A stretch of 63,082 nt of DNA, the filler included, from Octopus bimaculoides (taxonomy: Eukaryota), in assembly GCF_001194135.2 (NCBI RefSeq). It is 5 parts of 5 records of this genome, joined end to end, with 100 filler letters (N's around TTAATTAATTAA, not from the genome) between each part and the next. Parts side by side here need not be neighbours in the genome. Positions count along the whole stretch, not along the records: positions 34,444 to 57,456 come from NC_068981.1; 4 more parts are not named here. The stretch is one strand, 5' to 3'. Under the pieces are notes generated by a model. The model saw nothing but the letters and a program-made list of their open reading frames with translations, was not told where the DNA came from and made no database searches. Below are positions 41,701-55,579 of the stretch, piece by piece; position 1 is the first letter of the stretch, and every line of letters begins with the position of its first letter. A program made the position numbers and the translations under genes.

Positions 41701-42534
41701 AGAAGTTAAAATGAATTAAGTTAGATTACAATGAACACATTGTACTAAAAGATAAAACAATAGATTTAGGATAGAATTCTAAATAAGCAGGAGTTATTCA
41801 TTCAGAAGCTAACAAGTCTGGATCCAAGTCCTGTTCAGATTGATTTAGACTGTCAGCCTTCTGAGAACATTTGAAATAAGAATGGACTAAACAAAAAATT
41901 AACCAAAGACAACTGGAGCAGCAGAGTACTAATTGAGAAATCACAAAATACTATTAATATATGTATGTTATGGCTGTATGGTTAAGAAGTTTGTTTTGCA
42001 ACTAATTAGCTTCAGAATCTAATCTCTGCATGTCTTTACAGTGATACCATTCCAACTGCAGTGATATGTTTATGTTTCTCATAAACAAAATGTGAGACAG
42101 CAGTTTGTTATGCATAGTTGTGGAATAAAGCAACTTACTTGAAAAACAAGGGTTGGTGCCAGAAACGGTATCTGATTGTAGAAATTGCCTTAAGAAGCCT
42201 TTTCTAATTCATACCAGCATAAAAAATGCAAAATGTTAAACAAACAAAAAAAAAATGATGAAGATTATCTTATTTTTGGTCTGTTCATAACTGATACTGC
42301 AACATATGTTCAAGTCAGTCAACATGTCACAATTCATTATCATCATTTGGTTCTAAAATAATGGTAAATGCAGTCTTGTTTGTACTGCTAATCAATAATT
42401 ACCATATTAATAACAAAATTTGAAGAAAAAATTATGCAATATGGCTTGAAAATACTTAATGAAGACAAACTTGAGTAGATATGATTATCATTCCCAACAG
42501 CATTAACTTTCATTCAATAAAACAAACTGACAGC

Positions 42535-43300
42535 TTACTCCAATATCTTTCCCATTACTAAATGCAAAAGAATATTTCTTTCTACCAAGATTCTGGTATT
42601 TTTTTGTCTAGTGAGATGTAAAGATGCTGGATGCTGGATGCTTTGTAAATTCAAGAATAATTGAAATAGTAGCAATCCTCCATTGCCCAGAGAGATATTC
42701 ACATGGCAGAGACTGCTTGTGCAAACTAAGCTATTGGAACATGTAGACCAAATTCTTAGATAAAAGCAAGTCAAAATGATTGGGAAATTCTAGTTTGAAA
42801 CTGAGTACTAGAGTGGTTTCTTTAGACACACAGGAGAGTTGAACTTAATACAGAAAGCTAACAAATCACTCCTTTGTTTTACAGCACTGCTACTACTTTA
42901 AATGCTAATTTGTTCCCACCAAAGAGTATATATTTTCAGTGGACTGATACTTTTGAAGGTTAAGTGTGTTGACCATAGCAACAATGTCGTATCAGTTACA
43001 CAATCGATACCAACTGTTCCTATAACTGAAATAGCATAAGGGCGTTCTTACAGTATCTTTTTTCATTATTCTTGCTTTAGTTTGCAGAAAAGGGTGTACC
43101 CATGGCCCTCTGAGACAATAGTGCTGTTAACACTTTTCTTGAGTTGCAAGTTGATAGATACAGGTAAAACAAGGGCAAGAAGAATTCCAGAAGGCTACAG
43201 ATACATAGTGACTAGTACAGAGCTTGGGAGGGTAGGCAGAATATGGGTGATGAGAGGAAGGGAGACAAGTGAACTGAGAGTGCTTGAGTAGAGGTTGCAC
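42535..43300 (-). mobile_element. Heavily decayed CR1-like LINE fragments
   Basis: Minus-strand frames give QSL..LSGQWRIATI, ILVERNILLHL and TSHY..FWNS, resembling RT N-terminal and ORF2 C-terminal motifs. Confidence 0.35.
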
Positions 43301-43934
43301 AATACTAACCAATTTTAAAGAGTTGAGACCAATATGATAGCAATAGAAAACACAGAAGGAGATGAAACAGTATGTCAGCAAAAAGAGAAGTTGTAATGCG
43401 TTTATGAGTGACCTAGTGACAATCAGTTCAATGAGCTTTCTTTGGATAATATAAGATGTTCTCATGTGTTTTGCAGTTACACCATCCTAAATGTGGGAGA
43501 AATAGCTTATAGTTTGTACTTCAGTTCTAAAGGAAATGTGTTAACCTATTTTGTTTCATTCGTCTTTGTACACACTTTAAATGTTTCTCACAAAACATTT
43601 TCCTTCTATATAAAATCATAGTTCATAAAACCAACAATATTACAATTTTTCATGACCCAAATACCAAAATAATAACCTTGGAGTGATGATTTACCATTAA
43701 ACAAAAATCTCTTTCCAGTAGATGTATATCTGTCTCTTATGAGATCCATTCTGTTCAGTATTGCTAATGAACTTCCTTCTTCAAAAACCTACAGAATACT
43801 GGAGCTCAAATATTCTCTATAACAGTTTGTTTAGCCCTGTTTAACTCTCACCAAGTAGATTTATGATAAAAGACATTCCAGCCATGACCATTCTGTTTAT
43901 ATTTTCAGGTAAAGTCCATCCCTGACTATATTAA

Positions 43935-44145
43935 TGTATCCTTTAGCATTCAGGTTACTCTGTCAAGTGTAATCTGAATTTATTCACATTTTTAAGGATT
44001 AATCATGTATTATCTCATAGCATCAAGATTTCAAAGATGTGATTCTTTATTTTTAGAATGACATTGCAGGGTAGGTATTAAATGATAGATAAAGCTTGTT
44101 TGAACATAAAACAGGTAGACTATTTGGATCAGATATGGCTGCTAA
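43935..44145. mobile_element. Degenerate copy of the piggyBac-like MITE seen at 61899
   Basis: CCTTTAGCATTCAG...TGTCAA.TGTAAT...TTTTAGAATGACA...TTTGAACA.AAAACAGGTAGA shared between the two. Confidence 0.7.
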
Positions 44146-44258
44146 AACAGTAAGACTTAAAACAGTAAGACTTTGTCATTTGCTTGTGATAGATATATGT
44201 TCCAATCAATGGAAGAAAAATCGAAAGAATCATTAAATAGTAGTTTAATTCTGATAAG

Positions 44259-44639
44259 TGGAGGCGCAATGGCCCAGGGGTTAGGGCAGCGGACTCGTGA
44301 TCATAGGATCGTGGTTTCAATTCCCAGACCGGGCGTTGTGAGTGTTTATTGAGCGAAAACACCTAAAAGCTCCACGAGGCTCCGGCAGGAGATGGTGGCG
44401 AACCCTGCTGTACTCTTTCACCACAACTTTCTCTCACTCTTACTTCCTGTTTCTGTTGTGCCTGTAATTCAAAGGGTCAGCCTTGTCACACTGTGTCACG
44501 CTGAATATCCCCGAGAACTACGTTAAGGGTACACCTGTCTGTGGAGTGCTCAGCCACTTGCACGTTAATTTCATGAGCAGGCTGTTCCGTTGATCAGATC
44601 AACAGGAACCCTTGACATCGTAAGCGATGGGGTGCCAAC
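44259..44639 (+). mobile_element. Full-length tRNA-derived SINE with target-site duplication
   Basis: A box TGGCCCAGGGG (44270), B box GGTTTCAATTCC (44313). TSD AATTCTGATAAG (44247-58) / AATTCTGATGAG (44640-51). 3' hairpin at 44583-44609. Confidence 0.92.
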
Positions 44640-47600
44640 AATTCTGATGAGCAACAACCATTCTAAATCAAACTCAGACTTGCCAAATTAGTTTGATTGA
44701 TTTGACATGATTGTATGAATTGACTTTTTTCTGTCCACATAAAGTTAAAAAGAGAATTAGCTTTTGCTGTTAACCCTTTTTACTGGAGAAATCAGATATA
44801 TCCACTCAAAATTTCATTACACTTAACTGCAGAAAGCAGTTTTATATAGCAATCTACCTTTTGTTGAGGAATGTCATGTTTGAAGCATGTGACTTGCAGG
44901 AAATACCAGTTCTATTCTTTGGTAGATATTTAACATAATTACTGGAATAACCATGAAATTCTATAAAACTCTATTGTGTAGTTTGAATAATCCAATTTCT
45001 GAAACTTCTCAAGGACAAGGAATGGTGTAGCCTGCCATTTTCTCATTTAATCAGCTTTTCAATTTGACAACTATTGGTCACTGTGTTTACGTGGACAATT
45101 CTTATCCAATGGTTAGCATTAGTGTCTGCACAGACATGTAGTAGTGTAATAATTACCAAATGGTATTCATATTGCCAACCAGCAGTAGCCATTTTTGCAA
45201 CCATCAGATCATTACAAGTCAATACAGACACCATCATAAGCCAGTGGATCAGAATTATTGACATCATAATTGCAACATCAATAAAATTTAAATATTCATT
45301 GATCATATATTCAATTTTAAGTTATAAGATGATTAACATAGAGCTCTATTAATTAGGTATCATGTAATAATTAGTTAGACAGAATCTAATGAATGAGTAT
45401 TTCTGCTACTGACATTTTCAAGTCAATGAAGGGAGCCTCCATGTAGTCACTCATCCTGCTAGAAATAACAGCCAAATTTTTCCCCGTTTAAAAAAATGGA
45501 AGTATAAATTGGATAACGTATTACCTGAAAGACAAAAAGAAGGGATGGTCACAGCTGGAGCACCTTTTATTATAAGTCTGCTCGATCAGGGCCAACTGGG
45601 GTTAGACAACAGCTAATTTTAAAGCTGATTCTGAATGTTTCATTGTTGTAATATTACACAGAAAGAAACTATTATTCTAGACAACAAACTTTTCTTCTTT
45701 CTCTTAATCTGACTTTCTTCATATGGATATTTTCTGAATGTCAAGACTAAGCCGCTTCATTTGGTGTCCTTCTGCTTAGACCATTATTGAAGAAAACAAC
45801 GGTTACTTGAGGAAATAAGATCATGTGAATCACACATACAGAGCGCAAAGAAGCTCAAAAAGGTTACAATTTATGCATGCACAGTAGAAAATCACAAATA
45901 TTATGACACAAACAACTAACAGTCATGCATATGCATACTCCAATCTACATACTACTAGACATAACACTGTTACAGAATTTAAATGAAATATGATGAATAA
46001 ACAAAAACAATGGTCATAGACTAATAAGTTTGTATTTAGTTAAAATCAATACTTGTACTTTATTTCTTTTAACTTCAATTGTATGATGAAAAATACATAT
46101 GAAACTGCAGAATTCAGTTAATTAGTAACATTTATAGAACTGATCTTTGGCATAAACAATTCAAATTTAGGTTAATTAATTTCTAACAGATTTGCCATGA
46201 TTGAGTTGCTCCCATTACAAAGATGTATTGCAAATTAACAAGAGCTACATAGCTTAAATTCTCGGAGTTCTCAAAATGTAAAAATAAAATTAACTGAAAC
46301 TAGTGATGAAATGAGTAATGTAATATAGGTCAAAAGTATCTGGGTATTAAAACTATTCTAGTGAATAAAAAAAACACCATTCAATTTCTCAGATGAGAAA
46401 GGATGCCACAACAATACACAAGCAGATTAGTTGAAAGTTTCATGTCAAGAGTTTGTAAGAGAACTAATGTAAAATTCAATGTAGCAATTGCCACGTCTCA
46501 AGTAACATGGAAAGCTTTTTAAAACAAAGCATTTTAATAACAAAATGCCAATCAAATTTTTATGAGAAAGGAAATAGATATAAAATAAAAATCATGGACA
46601 TTTTGAAAATTTAGAATTAATGTCAGAGAAAATTAAGGACTAGTGTTAATAAATGCCAGCTAGTTTACTTAAAGGATAAGATGAAAATGTTTCAATGTGT
46701 TCCTCAACTGGATTGCCAGTTGAGTAGTAAATATAGATAACCCACAAACTATAAATGGATACAGGTTAAATTCTTTACATGTACCATTTTAAAGTTAACT
46801 TGTGTCTATTAAATATTTATATCAAGTTATAGTGATGACATTTAACAATCATAGAACTATTTATTTTGCCTTGGTCCAACTGAAATACACTTTAAATAAC
46901 TTCCAGATCTAAGTTAGTCAATATAATCAAATAGACTATTAGGGATGGATTAGAGAGAAAGTAAAGGTATTGAAGCAGAATATATTCATGTGCTTATCAA
47001 ACATGATAGAAAGAAAATGATTACAGTAAAAAAGAATGTGTATAACATTATTATATACTGGTATTTTCTTAGAATGTGAAACTGAAGATAGCAAACTTAT
47101 AAAAGACAGCATAAGTTTATCAAACTATTTTAATGGCATTCCAGTCATCACAAATACCATTTGTAGAAAAGAACATTTAATCTGTTTCTCTTTCATAATG
47201 TTAAAAGACAAAAACCCCTTATATACATGGCTTGTCAAAATGTAGATAATAAAGAATTATTCATGCCATTTCATATTTAAATGTACAGGTATATCCATAT
47301 AAGGACTATTGAATTTCTGTTATTTTATTTTTAATACATTCCTTAATGTTTAAAAAGATATAGATATAACTACATTCTTAAGATTTTTTTCTTTTCTTTT
47401 AAATAAATGATACTTCTTATTCCATTTAAATAGAGAATGAATTCAACAAGTAAGTGTTCATGAATGTAAATTTAGATATTTTGGGGCAGATTTCAAAAAT
47501 ATCTAAATATGACTTGTGTTGATATGAATGTAAACGAATCTACATTATTTAATTCCATCTGTAATACAGATAGAATATATGCAAAATTTTGACTGTCTCA

Positions 47601-50600
47601 ACATAGCACTTTATTATTTTTTTTACAGTAAGTAATAAGCAGTTTTATAGACAATAAAACTGAAGTAACTCATAAAACATTTCATACAGATTAAAACAAA
47701 ATTAGATTCTCAAATTCTATAAGAAGTAAAACCATTTTAAAAGATATTTGTTCTGAATATCCAAATTTGGAAAATCTGTTTGAATGTAATGAACAACTCA
47801 AAGCATAGGCTTCTACTTAAATCTAACAGGAAAAAAAAATGTCACCGCCCCCACCAAATAGCTTTTACACTAGAGCATGTTTATTTAATTTTTCATCTGA
47901 GAGAATAATTTAATACAATAAAGGAAATGGCAGCAGTGCATGTGAGTTGAACACGTCAAAACACTTACCAAAGCAACTACTATTGGAAATGCAATTCTGA
48001 AAGTGTTTGTTACTGTTCAGTCACTGAAGCCATACAAAAATTTCAATTTATTTTTGCATTCTGCAAAAGCATATCTAACACAAATCTATGTGTCTAACCC
48101 ATTAAATAAAAATGTGCATATATTTCAGAGGCCAGAAGCCTCAGATTTTTAGGGAATGAAAAGTGGAAAGTAATGATACATATACTTTGCCGAAATATAT
48201 CAGCAATGGTAAGTAAAGTGAAATGCCTTCAATTCACAGATAATCAAAATAGGTTGTCCAGTTCAGCTTTTCTTCTTTATATAAATATCATGAATCTTAT
48301 GAGCAATAGTATCATTGGTTAAAAGTTTCAAAAAAAAAACAAAACAATTAATGGTTTACTGCATTTCTGATGCAACACATGTAGAATAAATACTTGGTAA
48401 TCTTGTTTGATTAGTTTATCAGCTCTCTCAAGCACATGTGCTAGTTTTCTAAACAATTTTCATTTAACAGATTTCACTCCCAAAGAATTGATTGATCAAT
48501 GTAAGGCTATAGAAGAAGACACTTGCTTAAGACGCCACACAATGAGATGAAACTTAGAACCACATCATTGCAAAATGGTCTGCTTTACATAGAAAAATCA
48601 AATCACGAAAAGCTGGCAAATTCTAAGATAAAGCAGCAATAGCAAGAGTGTTTTGTTACTATCTCACCCCAAAATTACATAAACCATAAGAGCGATAGCA
48701 GTTTTCAGGACATATACGGATTATTATTGATTAAAATAATTTTAAATTTACATTTTACTAATAAATAATAATTTAGTATTTTTAGAATTATCATTTAGAA
48801 TAGCAGTTGATCTAAATAATAACAGTAATACCCTAATAACAATTTCTTTAATAGAAATATAAAGAGTTTTTTTTTTTAATTTATCGAAAATAATAACGGA
48901 AATGACCAATTGAATTTATGTTCAAATATTACATGTATATATGAAGACTAAAGAAGGATAAAAGCCAAAATTTGCTCTCAGAGAATTTGAACATGTAACT
49001 AGGTATGGATCTTTGTTAAATATGAGCCTTTAAAATGAAGAACCCCTCCAAAAATTTTTTTCCTGTGTATTGTAAATTCTAAACCATACTAAACAACTAT
49101 GAAGCTTAGAATATACCACCATATCCATTTTAATTACCACTTTATATAATTAGACTTCAACATTAAAAATATTATCGAAGGAAAAGAGTGGGTCTGAAAT
49201 ACAAAATATAAGATTGTAAAAATGGAAAAATTATCTCAGAAGCAATATCTTTGTTAACCGAAAAGAATTTAGCATTTTGTTTTGGTTTTATTGTTTTCTC
49301 AATACAAATAAATAACTGATCCTATTAGTAAGATACTTTACAGAAAAATTTGAAAAGTTAGGTAAAATCTGATCTCTTTGAGAAGTAAATTAAAAGAAAT
49401 ATATATTATTAATAAAACAAAAATAAACACACACACAAAAAAAACAACATTTGTCTTAATGCACAACAGCAAACAAATTTTCAAAGCTAGCATTTTGAAT
49501 TTCTTTTCATGCATATATTTGTAGTAAATAAAGAAAAATATCAGCATTCACTTCAGCTGTATTAATCTAGTTTAGAACAAAACTAATTTTCTTACAAACG
49601 GAAAACTCACAAATACATTGAATAAAGATAATTCAAATGAAAGTTATACAGTCTGAAATATATTTGAAATAGCAATAAATGTGTTTTAATTTGACATAGT
49701 TCAAATTTTTTTCTAGACCATTTCAATTTTCTTTGTAAAATTATTAAAAAAAATATATTTTGATTGAGGGAACATATTGAAGCTCTTCTGGAACAGTTGA
49801 TCAGTTAATATTTAAAATGTTGGTATTGTAAAATTGCTAGGAGTGCATAAACCAGAAGAGTGCTTTAGTCAATAATCAATGCCTAGTGTTTAATACTTGG
49901 TTGCCTATATGGAACAAATAATTTGAAGTAAAATATAGACCTAGTAGGTTCAAAAGACTGACATCCTTTGCAGTACTTTCAAATGAGCCATCACAGCTAA
50001 GACTATGCTTCATAGTAGTAAAAAAAAAAATATTTTCATGGGCTGAACTAAAAAACAAAGGATGGTGGTGGCTAGTATGCTATGCCTTTTCTGGTTGAAT
50101 GAAAGATCTGGTACTGTTTTAGATAATGGGAGATGTGCTCTATGACAGTATTTCAGTTGTAAATGATATAAGCAGCTACGCAAGACAGGAATTTTTTATC
50201 ACTGTAGAAAAATGTTGGCCTGTCAGTATTATGGTTTTGGCCACACATAGATGTGGCTTCCATAACCTTCAGAAAAAGCATATGTTTTTCTTGTTTTTAT
50301 CACATGTCATGAAAAATAAATAGAAAGACAGTAGATTTTATCTCTCACAAGCACACAAGCAAGAAAATTTTTTTTAAAGTAATACTAGGGTGTGTCGTTA
50401 GATGCTCAGAGGAAAATATTTCAGACTATGATAACATTCCTTTTGAGTTCACACAAATATAAAAGTATCTATTCAAAAACAGGTTACCTGTAGATGAAAT
50501 ATCTGTTATAATTGAAAAACAAAAAAGAAGTTTATAATTAAGCTGGATATTTCTAAACAATACAAAAATATATTTAGTAAATTTTCAGAAAAACATTAAA

Positions 50601-52357
50601 ATTTCAATAAATAAGAGAAAAAGGAAATTGTGTCATGAAATAAATGTTCACAAACATAGAACAGCTACAAATAAATTCTGCTTTAATATAAAATCTAACA
50701 TCAATACAGAAATACTTATTCATCAATAAACAAGAAAGAAATTCTATATGATCATATTGCCATGAACTTCAGCTGGGGGGAGGGGGGCGGGCTGGCGTTT
50801 TTCCAAATGAATTTCATTGGGGGAAAATTTTGACCGTAACATTAATCAAAAGAAAAACAAAATTACGGAGATGTACTATTTTCAATCCTATTATAAGACA
50901 TAAGTTCAGCAATTAAAAACTGAATATATAAAGAAGATCAATAAATTTAACGTTTAGGTAATTAACAAATAACAAAGGAAATTTTAAGCTATTGTATTTA
51001 TGATATTTGATTTTAAAATTAATTTTCTCTATTTTCACAATATCTAATATCCAAGAAATAATAATGCTGTTATACTCATAGAACTGCAGTCCTGACTCTA
51101 GGGCGTGCATTTGAATTTCTCAGTCTAAATAGTTTTACCAGCTTTGTATATGTCAAGTTGACAGTACTTTCCCTTCCCTTTTAGTTGTTCATGCCTGCTT
51201 TATTCTAATTTATGCCATCCTTATCTAACTTCAGTTCTTCCCAGATCCAAGAAGTTACTGCATATTTTCATATATTACATTTTTTTTCACTCTGCAGTTC
51301 TACTACTTCTGTTATAATCATTGTCTATAGATATATATATAAATGTTATAATCATTGTCTATAAATATATATAAATACACTTGCTTAGAAAGGTCTACAT
51401 TAAGCATGCCCACAAATGAAATTTATCATAAACTAGAAGCAGTGGAAGTAATACAAGTGATGAAAATATAATCTTATCAGTTTCAAACGTGAATTTATAG
51501 GAGAGAGAGATAGAGAGAGACGGTCATGGCTGGGTCTGGAAGATGATTCAGATGCTTTCATAGCTGCCTATATATAGGTCAATGAAGGTATAAGAAATTG
51601 TTCTTTATAATTTTTTGTTTTAATTTCAGAATCTAATAAATGTTCACTTTAGAATGTTAATTTTGTAGAAAACAAAAGGCATCCATACATATCAGTAGTA
51701 ATAGCTTGATAACAATTTAAAAAAAAAGAAAAACAAGCCAAATAAGTTGCTTTTCAAATGTATGCTTTCCCAGTCATTTTCATTTAACTGTTTGGATATG
51801 TTTGAAATTTGGACTGCTGAATTTACCATCAAGCAAAAATTATAATTTGCTAGTCCAGGTGAGGTGATTTAAGCTTGTAGATACATGGAATTGGATCAAT
51901 AGTGAAGGAAAGTAAAATTTAATTGTTAGATAAGGGGGGCAAAAAAAGCTTTATTTTACTTTGCAGAAAGTAGCTTCTGCCATAAACTGAAACCAATTGC
52001 CGATTTAGCTCGGCATGGGAATGTCAACAGTAAGCTTCAGAGTTAATCAAGAAACAACACAATTACTATTTATAGCACAAGTGGCAGTAGTTTTCCAGAT
52101 GCACTAATTCCAAACTACCCTAAAGTATAATTGGTATTGTTTCTTATAAGACCAATAAATATGTTTAGCTTAAGGTGGTAATATAATGCCTTTGTTATAA
52201 TTGAAACTCATTTACAAATGGTCTACAATGAAAGCAATTTATACTTCTGCCCTCCCACTCCTATTCACTTCATGCCATGAGGATCCACACTCTCAAGGTC
52301 CATTGTCTTGCAAGCTGCATGGCAACCTCAACAGTGCTGGCAACACAAAAAAAAAAA

Positions 52358-52500
52358 AGTGGTTGGTTTTAGGAAAGGAATTCAGCTGTAGAAAACATGC
52401 CAAAGTAGACAATGGAGTATGATGCAGTCCTTGGGCCTGCCAGATCCAGTCAAACCACCTAAATCATGCCAGCATGGAACACGGATATTGAATGATGATG
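52358..52500 (+). mobile_element. RTE-type 3' tail fragment
   Basis: AGTGGTTGG...CAGCTGTAGAAA...CAGTCAAACC...CATGCCAGCATGGAA...GATGATG, matching 57125-57274. Confidence 0.8.
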
Positions 52501-52630
52501 AAAACTATAGCCATGACTCAGAAGCAAGTGATTTGGTAGCATATACCATGCTTTCGGTAATTACTTTAGGTGTCAATGTAGTTCTAAGTAGACAGTTGCA
52601 GCCCTCCTGCAGTGTGAAACAGCAAGGGGT

Positions 52631-52661
<31 letters not shown>

Positions 52662-53264
52662 GGAGAGAGAGGTGAACATTTGGTTGGTACTCATTTTCAA
52701 CAGAGTAAACTGGAGCAATGTGAAAAGAAGTGTCTTGCTCAATAACAAATGCCACTCAGTCCCGGTATTGAACTCACAACCTTATCATTGCGAGTCCAAC
52801 ACTGACTATTAGGGGATGTGTTTTTTTTTTTTTTTTTACACACACACAGCTTTTAGCTCAAACCTGTCACAGAAGGTAATAGCTGAAAGACATTCTACAA
52901 AGGAGGGGAAAGAAAACTTTCAAACAATAAAAATAAAACAATTGAAATAATTTAAATAAACATAATGAAATATTATGATGGGATAGCTCTAAAATTAAGC
53001 ACAGATTATTATAGCTAAGTTCATGAATGAGCTCTAAGTAAGTCAAAATTTGGTATTTGTTGTCTGTCAATCAATACTGAATTCAGTGCTTTCTATCCAG
53101 AGCTAACTGGTTTATTGTATATAAGAATCTGTTTCTTTTAAACCAGTTGCTATGCAATAGCAAAATAAGGAAGAGAACAAAATAAATCCATATCTTTAAG
53201 GGAAATAATTCAAGTAAGCCAATACATAGATAAAAAAAATAAAGCTCAAGTATGTATCTTTTAT

Positions 53265-53880
53265 CTTTTACTTGTTTCAGTCATTGGATGTGGCCATGCT
53301 GGGGTACTGCCTTGAGGTGTTTAGTTCAACAAATTGAGCCTAGTATTTATTTTTGAGTCTTTTACTTTTACTTGTTTCAGTCATTTGACTGCAGCCATGC
53401 TGGAGCACTGCCTTAAAGGGTTTTAGTTGTAGAAATTGACCTCAGAACTTATTCTTTGTAAGACTATTACTTATTCTATCGGTCTCTTTTGGTGAACCAC
53501 TGTATTCACCAGTTTCCATCTACTAAATCCACTCACAAGGCTTGGCTCAAGACTATGTTAGAAGACACTTGCCCAAGCTGCCATGCAGTAGGATTGAACC
53601 TGGAACCATGTGGTTGGGAAGCAAGCTTCTTACCATGCATGTGACTTGGTACTTATTCTATTTGTTTCTTTTTGCCAAGTGTCAAGTGGTATGGGAGAAG
53701 ACACATACACATATACACACATATATGATAGACTTCATACAGTTTCTGTCTACCAAATTCACCCGCAAGGCATAGGTTGGCCCTCAGCTACAGAAGACAC
53801 TTGCCCAAGAAACCATGCAGTGGGACTGAACCTGGAACCACATGGTTGTAAAGGGAACTTCTTAATCACACAACCACGTA
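53265..53880 (-). mobile_element. Cluster of SINE fragments, CpG-decayed
   Basis: Repeated TTTTACTTGTTTCAGTCATT and AGAAGACACTTGCCCAAG...TGAACCTGGAACCA motifs. Confidence 0.8.
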
Positions 53881-54424
53881 GCGATGTATTATTTGTTTTC
53901 TTGCTTACATCACTTAATAGATCCATACATACTTGATTTATTTCAATCTAGGACACTGGTTTATTTAAGACACAACTTTGGTTTTTATTAAGGAAATTTG
54001 TTTTATTAAGGAAATTTGTTTTTTATTAAGGAAATTACTGTATATAATAAGTAATTTGTCAAGGAAATTACTGATGCCAAAAATTATTCATAAAAGCCTT
54101 TGTTTATTGATCAAGGAACTTTGTTTATGCTCTGTTGACTGTGTCTAATAAAACTGAAACAGGTCTGTTACTTTCACTGTCCTGGATAAGAAAATTCAGA
54201 TTTTCCTCCTTAGGCGTGAGAATTTTTTAAAAAATCAATTTATGGAAATTATCTTCTTTGCCAATTGCTAATGAATGCCACTAGGCTTGTTTTCTTTCTC
54301 CAAAAGGAAAATTTCAATTCATGAAGAATTCTGAGTGTACATGTTTCAGTATATTCAAATGGAAATAATTAATAAGTTAGTTAAATACTACAAGCTTAAG
54401 AACAATCTTTACAAAGTAGAAATG

Positions 54425-54620
54425 TTAGCATGCCAGGCGGAATGCTTAGCGGTATTTCATCTGTCTATGTTCTGAGTTCAAATTCAGCCGAAGTTGACCT
54501 TGCCTTTCATCCTTTCAGGGTCAATAAGTTAAGTACCAGTTGCATACTGAGGTCGATCTAATCGACTGGCCCCCTACCCTAAAGTTTCAGGCCTTGTGCC
54601 TAGAGTAGAAAAGAATATTA
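54425..54620 (+). mobile_element. SINE (Meta-domain-like family)
   Basis: GTTCTGAGTTCAAATTCAGCCGAAGTTGACCTTGCCTTTCATCCTTTCAGGGTCAATAAGTTAAGTACCAG...GGCCTTGTGCCTAGAGTAGAAAAG. Confidence 0.85.
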
Positions 54621-55579
54621 TTGATTACAAAAGCCAGATTATTCTGTTGTAAATGGGTTTACTGAAATATTTATTGATGTAATCGTTGGAAAAAATATCG
54701 CCACATTTCTGCCAGACATGTTACATTATTTAATAATGTTCTATTTTCAAATGACAGTTTCTGTGTAATGTTATCTAACATTTTGTGTCATGCATTTTAG
54801 AGTAATTTTGATATGAAATATCCCAAAATACTGCAAAGCTGTATAAATAAATCATTATAGTTTATGAAGGAAGTAAGAAATTAGTTAATAGAAATTTGTA
54901 TATTGTCCTTTAATTTGACATTTAATGATAAAATTATGAAAAAATGCTTCAGTTTATAAGAGAGAGAGAGAGAGAGAATATATATTTTGTTGCTAAGTAT
55001 AGTTTATTTTGACAGTCACTTTAAATCTATTAAAAGAGTAGTCATTACCCCAATGACATAGATAATATTTTTTATGTATAAGACAGCTATTTAAAAATTG
55101 GTCATTACTTTTACAGACATAAATTTTGAATATTTCTATTTAACATCAATAAATAAAATAAAGCAACGGTGCATTTTACAGAATTAAGATTTTCTCTTCA
55201 TTGAACTACATATTAAAAATTGCTTGGGGTAAAAATAGGCACCTCTCTTCTATACTGTCATTACTTAGATTCCAGTTTAGTTTCTTCATTAGAAACCAGC
55301 TGCTTCTTATAGAAATAAAAGCTACTGTACAAACATCATGTGATATATATATTGCTGAGTGGTTGGTATTAGCAAGGGCATCCAGCTGTAAAAAGTTCTG
55401 CCAAAACAGTCACAGAAGCCTGGATCTTAAGAACCTTCCGGTCCAGAGAACAAGGTGTCATCATTCCACTTTTCTCCTTTATACGGCCACACCTCGAATA
55501 TTGCTGCCCCCTGTGGTCTCCCCATACAAAACAAAACATCTCGAGGATTGAATCACCCCAGAGGGCACTCACTAAACGA

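Noticed and set aside
44259-44330. tRNA gene
   Set aside because: The A and B boxes continue into a SINE body bounded by a TSD, and there is no proper acceptor stem.
47969-47996. 28-nt minus-strand micro-exon (tttcag...GTAAGT)
   Set aside because: Too short to evaluate without transcript data.
51078-51180. Minus-strand frame ending ...KLFRLRNSNARPRVRTAVL*, resembling a protein C-terminus
   Set aside because: An in-frame stop lies just upstream and there is no polypyrimidine acceptor.
51311-54036. Short tandem duplications (34-bp x2 at 51311; 18/19-bp x3 at 53981)
   Set aside because: Ordinary slippage products with no spacers, so not CRISPR-like.
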